The notes beneath the pieces were generated by a model. That model was not told the origin of the DNA. It saw only the letters and a list, made by a program, of their open reading frames with translations, and did not search any database. The position numbers and the translations under genes were made by a program. A stretch of DNA of 64,000 nt from Gammaproteobacteria bacterium (GTDB taxonomy: Bacteria > Pseudomonadota > Gammaproteobacteria > Ga0077554 > Ga007554): positions 798,188-862,187 of the forward strand of contig JAMPIW010000007.1 in NCBI GenBank assembly GCA_040183005.1, given 5' to 3'. Of this stretch, positions 60,319 through 64,000 are shown one piece after another; the stretch's first letter is position 1, and every line of letters starts with the position of its first letter.

Positions 60319-60369
60319 GTAGGGTGCGTCCCACGCACCACAATCATTGGTGCGTGGGACGCACCCTAC
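60319..60369. repeat. REP-like nested palindrome (copy 2 of 3; perfect 21-bp arms)
   Basis: GTAGGGTGCGTCCCACGCACC-acaatcatt-GGTGCGTGGGACGCACCCTAC. Each arm itself contains GGTGCGT…ACGCACC. It lies between the convergent modC and ispH and is likely a bidirectional terminator. Confidence 0.7.
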
Positions 60370-60373
60370 ACAA

Positions 60374-61303
60374 TTATCCTGCTAATTCCTTCGGCAAGGA
60401 AAACACCACATTTTCAGGACGCCCGGGATTTTCGCGCACATCATGCGCGCCCAGCGTCTTGAGACGATCGATTACCTGTTGCACCAAAACCTCCGGCGCG
60501 GAAGCGCCCGCCGTGACGCCAATGCTGTTTTTGCCCTCCAGCCATTCAGGCCGGATCTCATCGGCGGTGTCTATAAGATACGCGGGCACACCCATTCTGT
60601 CGGCAATCTCACGCAGACGGTTGGAGTTTGAACTGGTGGGCGAACCTACCACCAGCACGATATCGCTTTTCTGAACAAGATCTTTCACGGCATCCTGACG
60701 ATTCTGTGTTGCATAGCAAATATCGTCCTTGCGTGGGCCGATGATATTGGGGAAAGACTCACGCAGGGCAGCGATGATCTGGGCGGCATCATCCACAGAC
60801 AATGTGGTCTGGGTGACAAAGGCCAATGCGTCGGGATTATCAACAACAAGTTTAGAGACATCCTCCGGGGTTTCCACCAAATACATACGGCCCTGGCCCT
60901 GCCATTGCCCGAGCGTGCCCTCGACTTCAGGGTGGCCTGCATGGCCGATCATGATGATCTCACGGCCCGCATCCAGATGACGCACCACCTCAATATGCAC
61001 CTTGGTCACCAACGGACAGGTGGCGTCGAACACCTTCAATCCGCGCCCCTCAGCTTCCGCGCGCACCGCCTTCGATACACCATGGGCGCTAAAAATTACG
61101 GTAGCATCATCCGGCACCTGATCCAGCTCATCGACAAATACCGCACCCTTGTTGCGAAGGTCCTCCACGACAAATTTGTTATGCACCACTTCGTGACGCA
61201 CATAGATGGGGGCTCCGAACACCTCGAGCGCGCGCTCGACGATATCAATGGCGCGGTCGACACCAGCGCAAAAACCGCGGGGATTGGCGAGTATGATTTC
61301 CAT
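60374..61303 (-). CDS. ispH: 4-hydroxy-3-methylbut-2-enyl diphosphate reductase
   Basis: [19 protein letters not shown]…, 309 aa from ATG 61303. Confidence 0.9.
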   Translation of the reverse strand: MEIILANPRGFCAGVDRAIDIVERALEVFGAPIYVRHEVVHNKFVVEDLRNKGAVFVDELDQVPDDATVIFSAHGVSKAVRAEAEGRGLKVFDATCPLVTKVHIEVVRHLDAGREIIMIGHAGHPEVEGTLGQWQGQGRMYLVETPEDVSKLVVDNPDALAFVTQTTLSVDDAAQIIAALRESFPNIIGPRKDDICYATQNRQDAVKDLVQKSDIVLVVGSPTSSNSNRLREIADRMGVPAYLIDTADEIRPEWLEGKNSIGVTAGASAPEVLVQQVIDRLKTLGAHDVRENPGRPENVVFSLPKELAG

Positions 61304-61392
61304 AGTTTTGAAATCCGGTTGGGAAAGGCTAGATTCTACCGGACCGGGCATGAAATCCCAAACCTATCGGGCATGAAAACCAGGTTAAAAGT

Positions 61393-61445
61393 GCAAGGGT
61401 GCGTCCCACGCACGATCATCGTTGGTGCGTGGAACGCACCCTACA
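61393..61445. repeat. REP-like nested palindrome (copy 3 of 3)
   Basis: AGGGTGCGTCCCACGCACGatcatcgTTGGTGCGTGGAACGCACCCTAC lies between the sensor-kinase stop and the ispH start. Confidence 0.65.
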
Positions 61446-64000
61446 TTACGTTGTAACCGCCGCTTTTTCCTGCAAGACGCCCCTGACGCGCGCATATTCC
61501 GCTGCGATATCCTCAACGTGTTGCGCCACCCCATCGAGTGTTCCATCGCGGCTGCAATGTTCCAGCTCCTTACATAAACTCGACAATACCATTGCACCCA
61601 GATTACTGCTGCTCCCCTTCAGGCCATGCGCTTCACGTATCAGTGCCGCCGCATTCCCCTCCACTGCGGCAGCTCGCATCGCCTCAAGCCGGGGAGGCAC
61701 ACTATCCAGAAAGGTAGCGATTAACTCGGGAAATGCGGTGCCCATCAGCGCGCGCAGGTTAGCCATCACCTTGCCGTCCACAGCAGGTAACCGTTGTGAA
61801 TCCACCTCGCGCGGCGCATCTTCGGCTTCCACATAAGTACTAGCTTCAGTGTGTATATTTTGCCTCAGGCGTGCGGGCAACCAGCGCTCCAGGGTTTTGC
61901 GCAATATATCAATCTTGACGGGCTTCGCCAGATAGTCATCCATGCCCGCATCAAGACATTTTATACTATCTCCACTCATGGCATTAGCCGTCATGGCGAC
62001 AATGGGAATATGCCGCTCATTACTCTGTTGCGCACGGATCATGGCCGTGGCCTGGAATCCATCCAGCTCAGGCATCTGGATATCCATAAAAACAAGATCG
62101 TAATTCAGCCGGGATACTGCGTCCACAGCCTCTTTACCGTTGCCTGCCACATCCGCTTCATAGCCCAGCTTGCGCAGCATCCCCAGTGCCACTTTCTGGT
62201 TCACCGCATTGTCTTCGGCCACGAGGATGCGGGCACGCGCAACAGGATTCGGCATGAACGAACGGCCGCCACTCTCTGCTTTTCCAGCGTTCTGACCAAT
62301 AGCCTGCGCCGCAGTAAGGCAATCATAAAAATAGGAAGATCTGACGGGTTTGGACAACATGCCTGCAATACCAGCTTGGCGCACCGCTTCAATATCCGCG
62401 CGCCTGTTATAAGGCATCAACATTATCATTCGAACCGATGCAATGGCAGGATCCGCTTTAATCGCATGAGGCAATACCCAGCCGGACATTTCCGGCATGA
62501 GCATATCCAGGATCACACCATCGTAAGGCTCACCCCGTGCCGCTGCGGCGCGCAACAGAGACAACACCTCGCTGGCGCCCGAGGCAGGGGCGGCGTGCCC
62601 TCCCCACGCATCAATTTCGTGACATAAAACTGAACAGTATGCCTGACTTTCGTCTGCCACAAGCACCCGCATACCTTTTAAGTCATAGAGAGAACGCGCT
62701 GCCGGCTGGGCACTCTCCTGCTGTTTTTCCAATTGTGCAGTAAACCAAAAGGTGCTTCCCGCTCCTGGCTCGCTCTCAACACCGATTTCGCCACCCATCA
62801 ATTCCGACAACTGCTTCGATATGGCAAGCCCCAAACCGGTGCCCCCATATTTGCGCGTGATGGAACCATCCGCCTGCGTAAAAGGCTGAAACAGGCGGTG
62901 GCATGCCTCGGATGTTATGCCGACCCCCGTATCGGAAATCTCAAAGCGCAATTGCACCGTATCATCCTGAGAACCGGCAAGACTGACCCGCACCATGATT
63001 TCTCCCCATTCTGTAAATTTGATGGCGTTTCCGATCAAATTTGAGAGGATTTGGCGCAGGCGAGTTGGGTCACCGTGCAATGCGACAGGCACATCCGCCG
63101 GAACAAGGGAAATCAGCTGCAATCCTTTGCCATAGGCGCGCGCGGCGAACAGTTGCACAACCTCTTCGACTACCTGATCCAGATTGAAATCGACACTCTC
63201 CAGGCGCATTTTTCCTGCCTCGATCTTTGAAAAATCGAGAATATCGTTAATGATGGCAAGCAGCGACTCGGCGGAACTGTTTACAATCTCGGCAAAGTCA
63301 CGTTGATCTGCCGTCAACTCGGTATCCAGCAACATTTGCGTCATGCCCAGCACGCCGTTCATGGGCGTGCGAATCTCATGGCTCATGTTGGCGAGAAATT
63401 CCGACTTGAGGCGAGTGGCCTCCAGGGCCATATCACGCGCCTTTTTCAACTCCTGTTCTGTCTGCTTGCGTTCCGTAATGTCGCGCACGATGCCAACGAA
63501 AAACCGCTTATTACCCAATCGCATCTCGCTGACACCAATCTCCATGGGAAAAGCAGTGCCGTCCTTGCGCTGACCGCCAACCTCACGCCCGACACCGATG
63601 ATCTTGGCAACCCCTGTCGTCAAATAAGTTTTAATATATCCCTGATGGCCGACGCGGTAGGGTGTCGGCACCAATCGAGCGATATCTTCGCCAATGAGTT
63701 CATGGCGCGCATAGCCAAATATTTTTTCTATGGAAGGATTCACCAACTCAATCAGACCTGCTTCATTGATGATGATAATGCCGTCAATCACATTATTGAT
63801 GATGGATCGCAAACGTTCTTCACTCTCAGTCAGCGTCTGCTGCATCCGCTCACGTTCTTCCACTTCTTCTTCCAGCTTTCTTTTCTGTTGGCGAAGGGTT
63901 AGATCGTTCTCTGTCAGCGCAGCCATCATGGTGTTGAATGCATGGGACATTTGAGTGATCTCACTCGGCCCCGCCACTTCTGACCGCACCGCCGGCCCAC
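61446..64000 (-). CDS. Hybrid sensor histidine kinase/response regulator (PAS-HisKA-HATPase-REC-REC-HPt); N-terminus lies beyond the window
   Basis: A PAS domain precedes the HisKA H-box ([10 protein letters not shown]) and HATPase_c (GGTGLGLAI). Two REC domains (ADES…DMLMP; AEDN…DIQMPELDG) and a C-terminal HPt (HGLKGSS) follow. The ORF is open to the window edge and begins in what looks like the end of a HAMP domain. Confidence 0.8.
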   Translation of the reverse strand, partial: GPAVRSEVAGPSEITQMSHAFNTMMAALTENDLTLRQQKRKLEEEVEERERMQQTLTESEERLRSIINNVIDGIIIINEAGLIELVNPSIEKIFGYARHELIGEDIARLVPTPYRVGHQGYIKTYLTTGVAKIIGVGREVGGQRKDGTAFPMEIGVSEMRLGNKRFFVGIVRDITERKQTEQELKKARDMALEATRLKSEFLANMSHEIRTPMNGVLGMTQMLLDTELTADQRDFAEIVNSSAESLLAIINDILDFSKIEAGKMRLESVDFNLDQVVEEVVQLFAARAYGKGLQLISLVPADVPVALHGDPTRLRQILSNLIGNAIKFTEWGEIMVRVSLAGSQDDTVQLRFEISDTGVGITSEACHRLFQPFTQADGSITRKYGGTGLGLAISKQLSELMGGEIGVESEPGAGSTFWFTAQLEKQQESAQPAARSLYDLKGMRVLVADESQAYCSVLCHEIDAWGGHAAPASGASEVLSLLRAAAARGEPYDGVILDMLMPEMSGWVLPHAIKADPAIASVRMIMLMPYNRRADIEAVRQAGIAGMLSKPVRSSYFYDCLTAAQAIGQNAGKAESGGRSFMPNPVARARILVAEDNAVNQKVALGMLRKLGYEADVAGNGKEAVDAVSRLNYDLVFMDIQMPELDGFQATAMIRAQQSNERHIPIVAMTANAMSGDSIKCLDAGMDDYLAKPVKIDILRKTLERWLPARLRQNIHTEASTYVEAEDAPREVDSQRLPAVDGKVMANLRALMGTAFPELIATFLDSVPPRLEAMRAAAVEGNAAALIREAHGLKGSSSNLGAMVLSSLCKELEHCSRDGTLDGVAQHVEDIAAEYARVRGVLQEKAAVTT

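Noticed and set aside
61446-64000. Hybrid sensor kinase as the PEP-CTERM regulator PrsK
   Set aside because: It lies 45 kb from the exosortase operon next to ispH. PrsK is a membrane kinase paired with a sigma-54 activator PrsR, which is not present here. No link is supported.

Overview
This 64-kb window looks like proteobacterial chromosome (betaproteobacterium-like; that is inference only). GC is roughly 55-58 % over most of the window, with a clearly AT-richer sub-block at about 39.7-44.9 kb and 48.1-49.6 kb. Six blocks are present.

1. Bases 1-16.6 kb carry one long minus-strand operon that is a canonical exosortase A (XrtA)/PEP-CTERM-type exopolysaccharide locus. It encodes a Wza-like exporter, a Wzz-like chain-length determinant, a Walker-A tyrosine autokinase, an outer-membrane beta-barrel, a GspA/ExeA-like ATPase, a WecB-like 2-epimerase, a polysaccharide deacetylase, a FemAB-like protein, two system-associated GT4 glycosyltransferases, an AsnB-type amidotransferase, exosortase A with its fused EpsI domain, and a third GT4. 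The operon continues past the left edge.

2. 16.7-28.7 kb is housekeeping: bioA, rsmE, a lipoprotein cytochrome c, a LemA-TPM-TPM cluster, truD, ispF, ispD, ftsB, eno, kdsA and pyrG.

3. 28.9-49.6 kb is a second, mosaic LPS/polysaccharide locus. It contains a GT9 heptosyltransferase and a complete UDP-route legionaminic-acid-type nonulosonic-acid pathway (PglF-like dehydratase, CBS-fused PglE-like aminotransferase, PglD/NeuD acetyltransferase, NeuC-, NeuB- and NeuA-like enzymes). The pathway is followed by a WbuY/WbuZ/WbuX acetamidino-forming amidotransferase trio, a glycosyltransferase, a secreted NHL beta-propeller, a Wzy-like polymerase, a second AsnB homologue, a PglC-like priming transferase, an HpcH-type aldolase and a MurJ/Wzx-like flippase.

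4. 49.6-52.25 kb is a junction island. It holds two tandem 5'-truncated gmd remnants (one frameshifted), two toxin-antitoxin modules (one with a frameshifted PIN toxin), two paralogous unannotated ~60-aa ORFs, and an EPS-type MarR regulator.

5. 52.26-55.03 kb holds two diverged IS4-family elements lying tail-to-tail. One is intact and flanked by a 9-bp target duplication; the other is degenerate and its insertion has cut off the 5' end of a group-II truncated hemoglobin gene.

6. 55.6-64 kb is a molybdate uptake locus (two Mop/TOBE proteins, modA, modB, modC) preceded by a doubly frameshifted OprO/P porin, followed by ispH and a partial hybrid sensor kinase.

Three copies of a nested-palindrome REP-like element and a long CACGAAA-repeat hairpin inside the exosortase operon are also present. 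No rRNA, tRNA or CRISPR array was found.
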